Origin: a virus
IMG/VR virus record: IMGVR_UViG_3300025530_000002
Direction: 5' to 3' (one strand)
Length of the DNA: 64,000 nucleotides
Every line of letters begins with the position of its first letter. Within the stretch, counting starts at the first letter, position 1. This document shows, piece by piece, positions 7,368 to 15,110 of the stretch. The translations under genes and the position numbers were made by a program. Below the pieces are notes generated by a model. That model was not told where the DNA came from. It worked only from the letters and a program-made list of their open reading frames with translations, and did no database searches.

Positions 7368-8342
7368 TTAACCTCGAATGTCCAGCTCCGGAGCGGACTG
7401 CAGCGGCAGCTCGCACTCCTGCAGCTGGATGCGCAGGATGGTGCGCTGCACCGAGCTACCCGAGCTGGCGCCGGCCTGGCCCCAGTCGCCGCCGGTCTTG
7501 CCGCCGCCCAGGCCCAGCGCACGGCTGGCAGCCACGCCGTTGACCGAGGCGAAGGTGACCACCTGGTGGCCGAACACGTGGGTCACGCCCTGCGGGTCGG
7601 TCCAGTACCGGTACGGCTCATCGGCCGGCACCAGCTCATCGTCCACGCCCAGGTCGATGGTCGAGCGCTTGACCAGGCCGACATAGGTACCAGTGACCCG
7701 CTCCTGGCGCTTGGCCTGACGGGGGCCGCACACGCCGCGGTCCACCACGAGGGTCGGACCGGCCACCAGGGCCGGCGCGGCGGTCTGGATCGTGGGCAGG
7801 TACAGCGCCTGCGCCTCGTAGTGGGTCGAGCTGCGATCGGACGCATCGACCGCCACCTGGCTGTTGCCGGCGTTGCTGGTGCTGGCGTCCGCGTGCCCGC
7901 CGGCGCTCACCGACGAGCTGGTGGTGTCACCGATCGACTGGCCCTGCGTCGCAGCCGCCCCGGAGACGCTGGCCGAGTTGCCGGAGTCGTTGATGCCCTG
8001 CGACTGGCCCTGCTTGGCCGCAGCACCGGAGACACTGGCCGAGTTGCCGGAGTCGTTGATGCCCTGCGACTGGCCCTGCGCCTGGCCCTGCTTGGCCGAG
8101 GCATCGCCGCCGGTGGCGTAGCCGACGCCCAGACCGAGGCCGGCACCGATCGCACCGGCCGAGGCGTTGGCGTTGTTGTCGCCGCCGCTCGGCGGGGCCG
8201 GCTCTTCCTGCGCCGGAGGCGGGTTGCAGTTCGGCCACTTGCCGCCGAACTCGCACTTGTTGGTGTTGCCTGCCACCGCCGGCAGGGCCATGCCCACACC
8301 GATCAGCAGCGCCATCAGCTGCTTGTTGAAGTTCAGAGTCAT
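7368..8342 (-). CDS. Secreted Gly/Ser/Gln-rich repeat protein (signal peptide)
   Basis: MTLNFNKQLMALLIGVGMALPAVAG is a signal-peptide-like N-terminus. Low-complexity centre with a duplicated 22-aa unit KQGQSQGINDSGNSASVSGAA, then a globular C-terminal half. Confidence 0.7.
   Translation of the reverse strand: MTLNFNKQLMALLIGVGMALPAVAGNTNKCEFGGKWPNCNPPPAQEEPAPPSGGDNNANASAGAIGAGLGLGVGYATGGDASAKQGQAQGQSQGINDSGNSASVSGAAAKQGQSQGINDSGNSASVSGAAATQGQSIGDTTSSSVSAGGHADASTSNAGNSQVAVDASDRSSTHYEAQALYLPTIQTAAPALVAGPTLVVDRGVCGPRQAKRQERVTGTYVGLVKRSTIDLGVDDELVPADEPYRYWTDPQGVTHVFGHQVVTFASVNGVAASRALGLGGGKTGGDWGQAGASSGSSVQRTILRIQLQECELPLQSAPELDIRG
7950..8092. repeat. Tandem 66-bp duplication inside CDS 7368..8342
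   Basis: cggagac(g/a)ctggccgagttgccggagtcgttgatgccctgcgactggccctgc occurs at 7961 and again at 8027. Confidence 0.85.
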
Positions 8343-8365
8343 TGCTGTTTATCTCCCAGGGATGG

Positions 8366-8406
8366 AAAAAACAACGGACCGCGCCCCCCTGTGAAAGCGC
8401 GGTCCG
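8366..8406 (-). terminator. Rho-independent terminator upstream of the accessory trio
   Basis: Minus-strand 10-bp stem CGGACCGCGC/GCGCGGTCCG followed by TTGTTTTTTCC. It sits between the stop of 8430..8795 and the start of 7368..8342. Confidence 0.7.
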
Positions 8407-8429
8407 CCGAGAAAACCTGTGGAACGTGC

Positions 8430-8795
8430 TCAGTTGAGCTTGTCTTTGTCCTGCGTCTTCTGCAGCTGCGCAAGCAGCGCGCTCTGGTCGACGTAGGCGT
8501 AACCGATCAGCATGTTGGCCAGTGCATCGAGGAGGTTGTAGACCGCCTTCGCATCGGCGAACTCGATCGTGAGCTTCACATCGCCAGAAGGCAGCGGGAG
8601 CGTGACCTCAAGGATGGGCGCCAGCTTGTCCGGCTCGTAGGTGTTGATGGTCGCGCCCGACTGGAACTTGCTCGCGCCCGTGATGACCAGGTAACCGTCG
8701 GAGTCGACGTGTCGGGGTTCGCATGTGGCGCCCTTCATCACCTTGTCGATGAGTTCGCGCAGGCGCTCGCGCATGTCGTCAGAATCGTTGCTCAT
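8430..8795 (-). CDS. Hypothetical protein, translationally coupled to the primase-helicase
   Basis: 121-aa ORF. Its ATG overlaps the primase-helicase stop (8792-8795). Confidence 0.65.
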   Translation of the reverse strand: MSNDSDDMRERLRELIDKVMKGATCEPRHVDSDGYLVITGASKFQSGATINTYEPDKLAPILEVTLPLPSGDVKLTIEFADAKAVYNLLDALANMLIGYAYVDQSALLAQLQKTQDKDKLN

Positions 8796-11233
8796 TGCTT
8801 GGCTCCAAATTTGACCACGTTGTCTCTACGTGCCTCGGACAACTGTTCGACCAGCTCTTTGAACTCATCGTCCGGTGCTGTCCACGGGCCCATCTTGAAC
8901 CCGTATACGGTGCGCCCAGCGCGACGGCTGTAGTGCGGCGCCGGATCGGCGAAGTCGTAGCGGCGTAGCATCTTGCGGAAGGCCGCCTGGCTCTCGACCG
9001 CCTTGGGGTCCTGCATGACCACCCGGAACAGCACGTACAGGTCGTTGTACCCAGCCACGGTGAGCGAGTTGTCCAGCATGCCGCGCAGCAGATCGTCGTA
9101 CTCGGAGATAGGCAGGATGCCGCCCATGCCGACCTTGATCTGGGCGGCTGTGGGGCGCGCGGCGAGGAAGAAGTTGGTATCGCCCTGGCGAATGGCCATT
9201 GCGATGGCGTCGGGCATGCCGTGAGTTGCCTCGAACAGCTTCTTCTTGGCTTCGTTCTCCAGCGGGTTGTGCAGCCACTCTTCGTTGACGATCAGGCTGC
9301 CCAGCAGCTTGGCCAGTTCAGGCAGCTCCAGGCCCTGCTGGATCACCGACACTTCGTGCGGCGTGGGCAGGAACCGTTCTTCCTGACGCGGGGCTACGTT
9401 CCAACGACGGTCACCGGGACTGAGCAACAACGGACGACGAACGTTGGACGCCACGATGAAGTTGGCCGTGTTCGGGACCGACTCTTCGACCCGGTACTTC
9501 TGGTTGATGATGATCTTCGGCTCGGTGATCCAGTTACGCAGCCGCGACATCACTTCGACGGGGTCCATCGTCTTGGACATGTTGGCCTCGTCGATCATCA
9601 CCATCAGCTTGCCTTCCAGCAGGCTGTTGAAGTTGCCTGCCAGGTCTTTCATCATGACCTGGACGCAATGGTCACGACCGAACAGCGGCTGCAGCACGTG
9701 CTCGAAGAGCATGCCTTTACCGGTGCCTTCGGTGCCGTGCAGCAGCCAAGCCGTGCCGGGCTTCTTGCGCGTCTGGAAGATGTACGCCACCCAGTTCAGA
9801 AAGCGCCGGATCGAGTCCTTGTCGCCTGCGAACACGCTCATCATCAGCTTGCCCAGCACCGGGCAGTTCTGTCCCAGCACGTTCAGACATTCGGACGGGT
9901 CGAGCGTTCGCGCGATGCCGCTGAACTCCTTCATGAACTCGGTCCGTGCGAACAGGTTGATCACGGGGTAACCCTCTTCGTAACGGATGTCAGACGTGAC
10001 GTCGTAGATCAGGTCGTAGTGCGGCAGGGTCGGTTTGGCGATGGCGCCCATCTGGGCCAGCCAGGCGTAGGCCGCTTCGGTGGTCGATTTGTCCACACGC
10101 AGCCGGTCGCTGACCCGATCGTAGGTGCCGATGTAGACGTTCGAGCCTCGGTTGGTCGCATAGAACGCCAGCACCTCCGTGCTCTCCGACAGCGACGACA
10201 GCGCGCGCTGTGCCCGCGGCGCGGCTGCGACCAGCTTCTCGTACAGCTTGGGCGCCACCAGATTGGTGTGCATGAAGGGCTCGCCCTTGAAGTTGCCGAT
10301 CACGTTCGGCCGCTTCAGGTCGATGTAGTACGCCATCGAGTCACCGCCGTTCACGTTGAACCGCAGGTGCCCCGACGGCGAGACCCGGATGTCCGAGATG
10401 ACGATCTCACCCGCGCCGCCCAGGTCCGTGTAGAACTCCTGCCCGCCGATCACGCGTGTCTCCAGCTGCAGCGCGGGCAAGCCCAACTCATCGCGCAGCT
10501 TGTTGACGTGCTCTCGCAGCACCGTGGAGTCCACTTTGGTGAAGTGTGGGATGGTCAGAGCCCGCACGTCCCCCGGGTAGAATCGCACCGCCTCGCTGAG
10601 CGGTGGAGCAAAGCCGACACAACGAGGCGGTGCGATGTAGATCAACTTGGCCGGTGAACTGACCGAAGTATCCAGTGGGTAGGACAACGCGCGCTGTGAG
10701 TCGGTCAGCCGGATCTCGTCACGTAGCGCAGGCTGCGTCCAATTCAGGTACAGCAGCCAGTCACGCAGTACTTCGGTCGAGACCGGCTGGGTCAGCTTCA
10801 TGAATATATGTGCCGACAGCTTCGTCGCATGTGGATGGAAGCAGCTGGCCGAGAGCTGGATGACCATGTCCACGTCGTGGGTGATCGGCGGCAGGTACTT
10901 CTCCACCGCCTCCAACGCCCCTTCGAACGTCGGCGGACAGTCGACCTTGTCGAAGTCGAAGCAGATCCACTCGTGATCGGCCGTCATCACGGTACGCCCT
11001 GCGCGCGACTCATCCACGAGCGGCGCGTCAAGCTCGCCCTTCAACAGACACCAGCCTCGACGACCGTAGTGGTCCACGGCCCGGGCGAACGCGCGCATGT
11101 CCTGAGCGTCCACCGCCTCCGAGGTCATCTTCGAGACCATCGGATAACTGGTGACGGTGTACTCGCCGGTCCTGGGGGAAAAAGCGATGGTCTTCGTCAG
11201 CGGGATGCTGGCCGACAAGAACGTGAGGAGCAT
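8792..11233 (-). CDS. DNA primase-polymerase / SF3 (D5/P4-type) helicase
   Basis: 813 aa. N-terminal AEP-like ICFDFDK (DxD) motif. Walker A LLHGTEGTGKGML and Walker B LMVMIDEANM in the C-terminal half. Confidence 0.8.
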   Translation of the reverse strand: MLLTFLSASIPLTKTIAFSPRTGEYTVTSYPMVSKMTSEAVDAQDMRAFARAVDHYGRRGWCLLKGELDAPLVDESRAGRTVMTADHEWICFDFDKVDCPPTFEGALEAVEKYLPPITHDVDMVIQLSASCFHPHATKLSAHIFMKLTQPVSTEVLRDWLLYLNWTQPALRDEIRLTDSQRALSYPLDTSVSSPAKLIYIAPPRCVGFAPPLSEAVRFYPGDVRALTIPHFTKVDSTVLREHVNKLRDELGLPALQLETRVIGGQEFYTDLGGAGEIVISDIRVSPSGHLRFNVNGGDSMAYYIDLKRPNVIGNFKGEPFMHTNLVAPKLYEKLVAAAPRAQRALSSLSESTEVLAFYATNRGSNVYIGTYDRVSDRLRVDKSTTEAAYAWLAQMGAIAKPTLPHYDLIYDVTSDIRYEEGYPVINLFARTEFMKEFSGIARTLDPSECLNVLGQNCPVLGKLMMSVFAGDKDSIRRFLNWVAYIFQTRKKPGTAWLLHGTEGTGKGMLFEHVLQPLFGRDHCVQVMMKDLAGNFNSLLEGKLMVMIDEANMSKTMDPVEVMSRLRNWITEPKIIINQKYRVEESVPNTANFIVASNVRRPLLLSPGDRRWNVAPRQEERFLPTPHEVSVIQQGLELPELAKLLGSLIVNEEWLHNPLENEAKKKLFEATHGMPDAIAMAIRQGDTNFFLAARPTAAQIKVGMGGILPISEYDDLLRGMLDNSLTVAGYNDLYVLFRVVMQDPKAVESQAAFRKMLRRYDFADPAPHYSRRAGRTVYGFKMGPWTAPDDEFKELVEQLSEARRDNVVKFGAKQ

Positions 11234-11335
11234 ACTGACCCTGATAACGTGGGTCCGCCATCGGCGGGGATGCGACCGCTGCTGATGCTATGCCCAAGCG
11301 ACGGGAGCGTCAAGACTACGCCAAAAGTCCCCTGG

Positions 11336-11515
11336 TCAGGTGCCGTACCTGCACCAGTATCCGATCAGCAGGAGACTCACACCGGCCAGATACAGCCCGG
11401 CGATGCCGAGCATCTTCTTCAGCGCGGTGTTGCGTCGTGGCGGTCGTCCTGTGCAGTACGTGATCGAGTCGTAGACCGCACGGGCCAGCATCCGTTCTGC
11501 GAGCTTCTCGTTCAT
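11336..11515 (-). CDS. Small membrane protein (59 aa, below the ORF-track cutoff)
   Basis: ATG at 11515 in an ATGA overlap with the upstream stop. MNEKLAERMLARAVYDSITYCTGRPPRRNTALKKMLGIAGLYLAGVSLLLIGYWCRYGT has a C-terminal TM segment. Confidence 0.55.
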   Translation of the reverse strand: MNEKLAERMLARAVYDSITYCTGRPPRRNTALKKMLGIAGLYLAGVSLLLIGYWCRYGT

Positions 11516-11775
11516 GCTGATCTCCTGCTCTTGAGGTTGTTCCAGGTCAGCGGCTGGTCTGCTTCACGCAGGCTCTTCAGTCGTCCTTGGATCGTGGACA
11601 GGGACAGCCCCAGGCGCTCAGCGATCTGGCGCGAAGTCAGGTACTCTCCTTCGACGTGGTAGGTGTATTTGCGCGCGTACGCGCGTCCACCACGGGGGCT
11701 GTACCAACCACTGAGGCGAGGATCGCCGGGCTCCAGACGCAGCCCTTGTCCATTGCGACGTGGAGTTTCAGTCAC
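11512..11775 (-). CDS. HTH DNA-binding protein
   Basis: GTG start in a GTGACTGA junction. YLTSRQIAERLGLSLSTIQGRLKSL is a helix-turn-helix-like segment. Confidence 0.6.
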   Translation of the reverse strand: MTETPRRNGQGLRLEPGDPRLSGWYSPRGGRAYARKYTYHVEGEYLTSRQIAERLGLSLSTIQGRLKSLREADQPLTWNNLKSRRSA

Positions 11776-11881
11776 GACGACGATCCAACTTCCTGCACAG
11801 GAGCATCACGGACAGCACGAGGATGCCCAGGAGGTAGATCCCCAGCACCACCGCGACGATGCACAACAGGCTATGCGTCAA
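11768..11881 (-). CDS. Possible 37-aa single-pass membrane peptide
   Basis: TTG at 11881. LTHSLLCIVAVVLGIYLLGILVLSVMLLCRKLDRRRD. Its stop is part of the recurrent GTGACTGA coupling junction. Start uncertain. Confidence 0.35.
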   Translation of the reverse strand: MTHSLLCIVAVVLGIYLLGILVLSVMLLCRKLDRRRD

Positions 11882-12140
11882 GGTCTGCCACACGGTAGAA
11901 CTCCCGCTTGAAGAACCAACGCGGCACGACGAGCAGGGGAATGTTGCTCGTGTTGTGCGCCGCTTGCAGCATGATGTTGCCATCACGCGCGCCGACCACG
12001 CGCCAGGCCAGAGGCGGGTTGTGTATGGACCATCGGTACGCCCAGTAATGCCGCAGAATACGACGCGTGTCGTACCAGGTGTAGACGTGCCAGGCGCCAA
12101 GGGCGACGAGCGTAGCGAAAAGCAGGGTCAGCCACATCAT
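11871..12140 (-). CDS. Hypothetical protein with an N-terminal TM segment
   Basis: MMWLTLLFATLVALGAWHVYTW. ATGA-type overlap with the upstream gene. Confidence 0.6.
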   Translation of the reverse strand: MMWLTLLFATLVALGAWHVYTWYDTRRILRHYWAYRWSIHNPPLAWRVVGARDGNIMLQAAHNTSNIPLLVVPRWFFKREFYRVADLDA

Positions 12141-12724
12141 TCTTGCTGCTCCATGTAACGACGGCGGATGTAGTTGAAGTACCGGTACATCGTGGCCCGG
12201 GATATCGGGTTCACGTCACCGTAGAGCTGGTTGTAGGCCGCTTCGAATCGCCGCAGGGTCAATTCCTGCTGCTCCAACAATGGGAGCAGGCGCTCGTACA
12301 ACGTGTTGAGCATTTCGTACGTCACCCGACGGGGGCGGCCGGGGCGGCTGGGCGGAGTCATGCTGCGCAAGAGCCTGGCGACAGTGTGATCCGCCACAGG
12401 GTACCCGAGCAGCTTCTCCACTTCGTAGCGCACCTCGACGGTGTGCAAGGGACGAGCGGCGGTCGAAGGACGTCGACGAAGTGCCTGGATCGCCGATTGA
12501 AGGGCTTCGGGCGGCACTGGCCCGCCACTGCCGGGGGCGCCTCGACGTCCTCGGTGCAGCTGCAGCTGGTCCTGCAGGCCCAGGGCCTGTACTGCCTTGC
12601 GCGCCAGATAGCGCGTGACACCGGCGTGCCGCGCCAATGCGCCCAGGGTGCGGTGGCCTTGGGCGTAGGCGGCTTCTACGGCTTTGATAGCTGAATGCAG
12701 CTTGACTTTCTTGATGCGAGGCAT
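12137..12724 (-). CDS. Putative DNA-binding protein; first gene of the leftward early operon
   Basis: 195 aa. HTH-like RTLGALARHAGVTRYLARKAV and ISRATMYRYFNYIRR. Preceded by the long non-coding control region. Confidence 0.6.
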   Translation of the reverse strand: MPRIKKVKLHSAIKAVEAAYAQGHRTLGALARHAGVTRYLARKAVQALGLQDQLQLHRGRRGAPGSGGPVPPEALQSAIQALRRRPSTAARPLHTVEVRYEVEKLLGYPVADHTVARLLRSMTPPSRPGRPRRVTYEMLNTLYERLLPLLEQQELTLRRFEAAYNQLYGDVNPISRATMYRYFNYIRRRYMEQQE

Positions 12725-12758
12725 TGACGGATTGGGTCAGGTTGTGGCTGGAGGGACG

Positions 12759-12801
12759 AGCATAGCGCGGCGTTATTGAGTGTTTCAATACTTGGTGTCA
12801 A
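12759..12801 (-). promoter_or_regulatory. Candidate sigma70-type early promoter(s) for the leftward operon
   Basis: Minus strand: TTGACA (12796-12801) and TTGAAA (12783-12788). The latter is 18 nt upstream of TATGCT (12759-12764). About 35 nt of leader precede ATG 12724. Confidence 0.35.
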
Positions 12802-12859
12802 CGGTGTTGCCATGGGCGGGAATTGGTGACTCTTATGTCGACCGAAACCCTTGGCGCAC

Positions 12860-13200
12860 AAGGCTTTGGGGCTTGTTCAAAACTAAATGTAAAACTTATG
12901 TTAAGGGGTACCTGGTGGGGGATGTACCCCGGGGTGCGGACGACGGGCGACGGGCGACGGATGTCGTAAGTAGTTGATAGTTCGTCGTGCGCAAGGAATT
13001 CGAATTTCTTCGTGCAGTCTCAAAAGTAAGGGCCAGAAATTCGTTTGAGGGTGCTCTCTCCCTAACTCCTTATTTCTTATACTCTTTCTTCTTCAGTTCT
13101 TAGACTTAGGAAGAAAAAGTATGGGGAAAGAAGCGTTATTAAATAGTGGCGTAGTAAATAACAGCGCCTGGGAAGAAAGGTTCTGGAAAATTACTTTTAA
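12860..13200. other. AT-rich non-coding island in an otherwise GC-rich genome
   Basis: Visibly A/T-rich. Contains palindromic aaggaattcgaatttctt, pyrimidine then purine tracts (ctttcttcttc...ggaagaaaaag), the inverted repeat ggggtac-N12-gtacccc (12905-12930) and a (cgacggg)n mini-repeat (12941-12960). Confidence 0.7.
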
Positions 13201-13270
13201 CATTTGGCGGGACCTGAACGCCGGCTGACTTCTTGGGCGTCCGCCTGGTCCCCTTCCTGGCCTCGCTGCC

Positions 13271-13438
13271 CGTCGCACTTCGCCTTGGTCACGACGCACG
13301 TCGCACTGGTCACGTCGTACGTCGCACTCATCACTGGTCACGACGCACTTCGCACGACGCACGACGCACGCCGCACGACGCACTGGTCACGTCGCACTCA
13401 TCACCACGTACGGCGCACGACGCACGTCGTACGTCGCG
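13271..13438. repeat. Iteron-like array
   Basis: At least six copies of ACGACGCAC. Three copies of CTGGTCACG plus one TTGGTCACG variant. Two copies of GTCGCACTCATCAC. Sub-palindromes ACGACG-CA-CGTCGT. All within about 170 bp of non-coding DNA. Confidence 0.75.
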
Positions 13439-13472
13439 CTTTTCATCGCCTGCCACGTGTCCCGTTGCGACG

Positions 13473-13502
13473 AAAAAAGGGACCGCCCTCGCGGACGGTC
13501 CC
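13473..13502 (-). terminator. Rho-independent terminator ending the 16.6-13.5 kb leftward block
   Basis: Minus strand GGGACCGTCCGCGAGGGCGGTCCC followed by TTTTTT, 15 nt after the stop of CDS 13517..14524. Confidence 0.8.
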
Positions 13503-13516
13503 TCGAAGTACATCAA

Positions 13517-14524
13517 TCAGCGCTGGACGCGGTGCACACGCGGCTGCTTGAGCGAAGCCGCGACGATCGCAGCCGCAGCCGCCTGCGCCTTGGCCAGCGC
13601 GCGCAGCCGCTCCTCACGCCGGCGCTGCTGCGACGCACGACGTGCGACTTCCGCAGCATCCAGTGCCGTCATGGCGTCGGTGATCGGCGTGAACGTGCCG
13701 TCCCAGTTCTGCGTGTTTGCGTACGGCATCTGGCGCTCGCTGGGCCAGCCCACCGACTCCAGCTGGTACTGGAACAGCAGCCGCACGTCCTCCAGCGCGC
13801 GCACGACCGCTTCGGTCAGCTCGTCCGAGCCGTACTTCTCGCGCATGTACTGCAGCTCGATCTCACGCCGCAGCTCGTAGCCCTGCTCGTCGCGCATGAA
13901 GTCATCGAACTCCTTCTCGCGCGTGTCCTCGCAGCTGAGCACCTGGTCGTCCACGACCCGGCCCAGCGCCTCTTCGATGTACGTGGAGGACACGTAGCGC
14001 TCGAAGAACGCATGCACCGTGGCTTCGTCGCTGTACGCGTCCATGCCCTCGGCCGCGCGGTAGTCCAGGTTGGCGAAGAACACGCAGTTCTTCAGGACGC
14101 GGTAGAGGACGCGGTACAGCTGACCGGGCACGTCGAGCGTCGGGGTGGCGCTCACGACCGCCTGCACGAGGGTCGCCAGGTCGTTGTCGCACGCCCGCAC
14201 CAGCGCGGCCAGCTGCTGCGCTTCCTCGCGCGCGTCGGGGTCCTGCAGCCCGCGCCCGTCGTTGCGGGAGAGCGAGTCCAGCGCGCGATCAATCAGGGAC
14301 CACGAGCCCGGCGCCAGCTCCAGCGTCTGCAGCGCCTCGCTGGCCCGCCGCATGGTCTCCTCTTCGGTCAGCGGCGTCTCCAGGTCGTCGAACGAGGTGT
14401 CCGCGGCCTGCGCGGTCGGCTCGGGCGTGACCTCGCGGTACTCGTCCGTCAGCTCACGGCCGATGGCGGTGTTGGTGTCGATGCCCAGCGACTTCTTGAT
14501 GCGCTGCGTGATCGAGGTGTTCAT
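13517..14524 (-). CDS. Hypothetical protein (335 aa)
   Basis: Long ORF with protein-like composition. AAGGAG lies upstream of ATG 14524. Confidence 0.75.
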   Translation of the reverse strand: MNTSITQRIKKSLGIDTNTAIGRELTDEYREVTPEPTAQAADTSFDDLETPLTEEETMRRASEALQTLELAPGSWSLIDRALDSLSRNDGRGLQDPDAREEAQQLAALVRACDNDLATLVQAVVSATPTLDVPGQLYRVLYRVLKNCVFFANLDYRAAEGMDAYSDEATVHAFFERYVSSTYIEEALGRVVDDQVLSCEDTREKEFDDFMRDEQGYELRREIELQYMREKYGSDELTEAVVRALEDVRLLFQYQLESVGWPSERQMPYANTQNWDGTFTPITDAMTALDAAEVARRASQQRRREERLRALAKAQAAAAAIVAASLKQPRVHRVQR

Positions 14525-14543
14525 CTCTGTGTCTCCTTGTGTC

Positions 14544-14571
14544 GTTGAACGTTGAACGTTGAACGTTGTAC
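14544..14571. repeat. Heptamer array (GTTGAAC x3 plus GTTGTAC) in the 5' leader of CDS 13517..14524
   Basis: gttgaacgttgaacgttgaacgttgtac. Each junction forms the palindrome AACGTT. Another GTTGTAC lies at 14616-14622. The hairpin GGCCGG-N11-CCGGCC sits between them. Confidence 0.8.
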
Positions 14572-14628
14572 TGCGTCACTTGGCCGGGGGCACCTCGTCC
14601 GGCCTGCCCTTCCTGGTTGTACTACCGC

Positions 14629-14859
14629 TCACGTGAGGCCACGCTTGCGGTTGATCTCGCGGGCGCGGTGCATGATCTCCTGCACGTCCTGCACCAGCGC
14701 GGCGTGCTGCTCCGGCGAGAGGTCATCCATCTCGCGCAGGCGTCGCTGCAGCACCGCCAGCCCGTCTGCGTAGAGCCGGGCGTCGTACTCCAGCCGCACT
14801 TCACGTGCGAACTGCCGCGCGTAATGCCCGAGCTTCTTAATCCGTCGCACGTCGAACAT
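14629..14859 (-). CDS. Hypothetical protein
   Basis: 76-aa ORF (MFDVRRIKKLGHYARQF...), helical and charged. Confidence 0.6.
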   Translation of the reverse strand: MFDVRRIKKLGHYARQFAREVRLEYDARLYADGLAVLQRRLREMDDLSPEQHAALVQDVQEIMHRAREINRKRGLT

Positions 14860-15034
14860 TGGTCAGAACCTCCATCTGTTCGGGACTGAATCCGGCGATC
14901 TCGCCCAACATCTGCGGCAACTGGGAGAGGTCACCGGTGAAACTGGCCTGCGGCAAGTGCAGCTCGTACACGCACTGGCCGCGGTCGTCCGTGATCACCA
15001 CATCAAGTTGCTTCGTCGCAAAGTGCACACGCAT
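14837..15034 (-). CDS. Hypothetical protein (65 aa)
   Basis: ATG at 15034 preceded by AGGAG. MRVHFATKQLDVVITDDRGQCVYELHL... A 29-bp repeat copy lies 35 nt upstream. Confidence 0.55.
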   Translation of the reverse strand: MRVHFATKQLDVVITDDRGQCVYELHLPQASFTGDLSQLPQMLGEIAGFSPEQMEVLTNVRRATD

Positions 15035-15069
15035 GTTCGTGCTCCTATGGTCAAGGACACCCTCATCGC

Positions 15070-15098
15070 TGCGCCCGAGGAGCGCAGCGACGAGGGCC
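15070..15098 (-). promoter_or_regulatory. 29-bp conserved element, copy 1
   Basis: tgcgcccgaggagcgcagcgacgagggcc is identical to 16612..16640. Non-coding, 35 nt upstream of ATG 15034. Confidence 0.6.
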
Positions 15099-15110
15099 TT
15101 CAGCGCGCGC

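Noticed and set aside
12780-13383. ORFs 12780..12977 (+) and 13093..13383 (-) inside the non-coding hub.
   Set aside because: One lies in the AT-rich island and the other reads through the iteron array, giving HDARRT-like low-complexity translation. Neither has an RBS, and their codon usage is unlike the rest of the genome.
13271-13438. Possible CRISPR array, because of dense short direct repeats.
   Set aside because: The units are only 7-14 bp, they overlap, and they have no unique spacers of 25-40 bp. There are no cas genes apart from a stand-alone Cas4-like nuclease 48 kb away. The pattern fits iterons or operators better.
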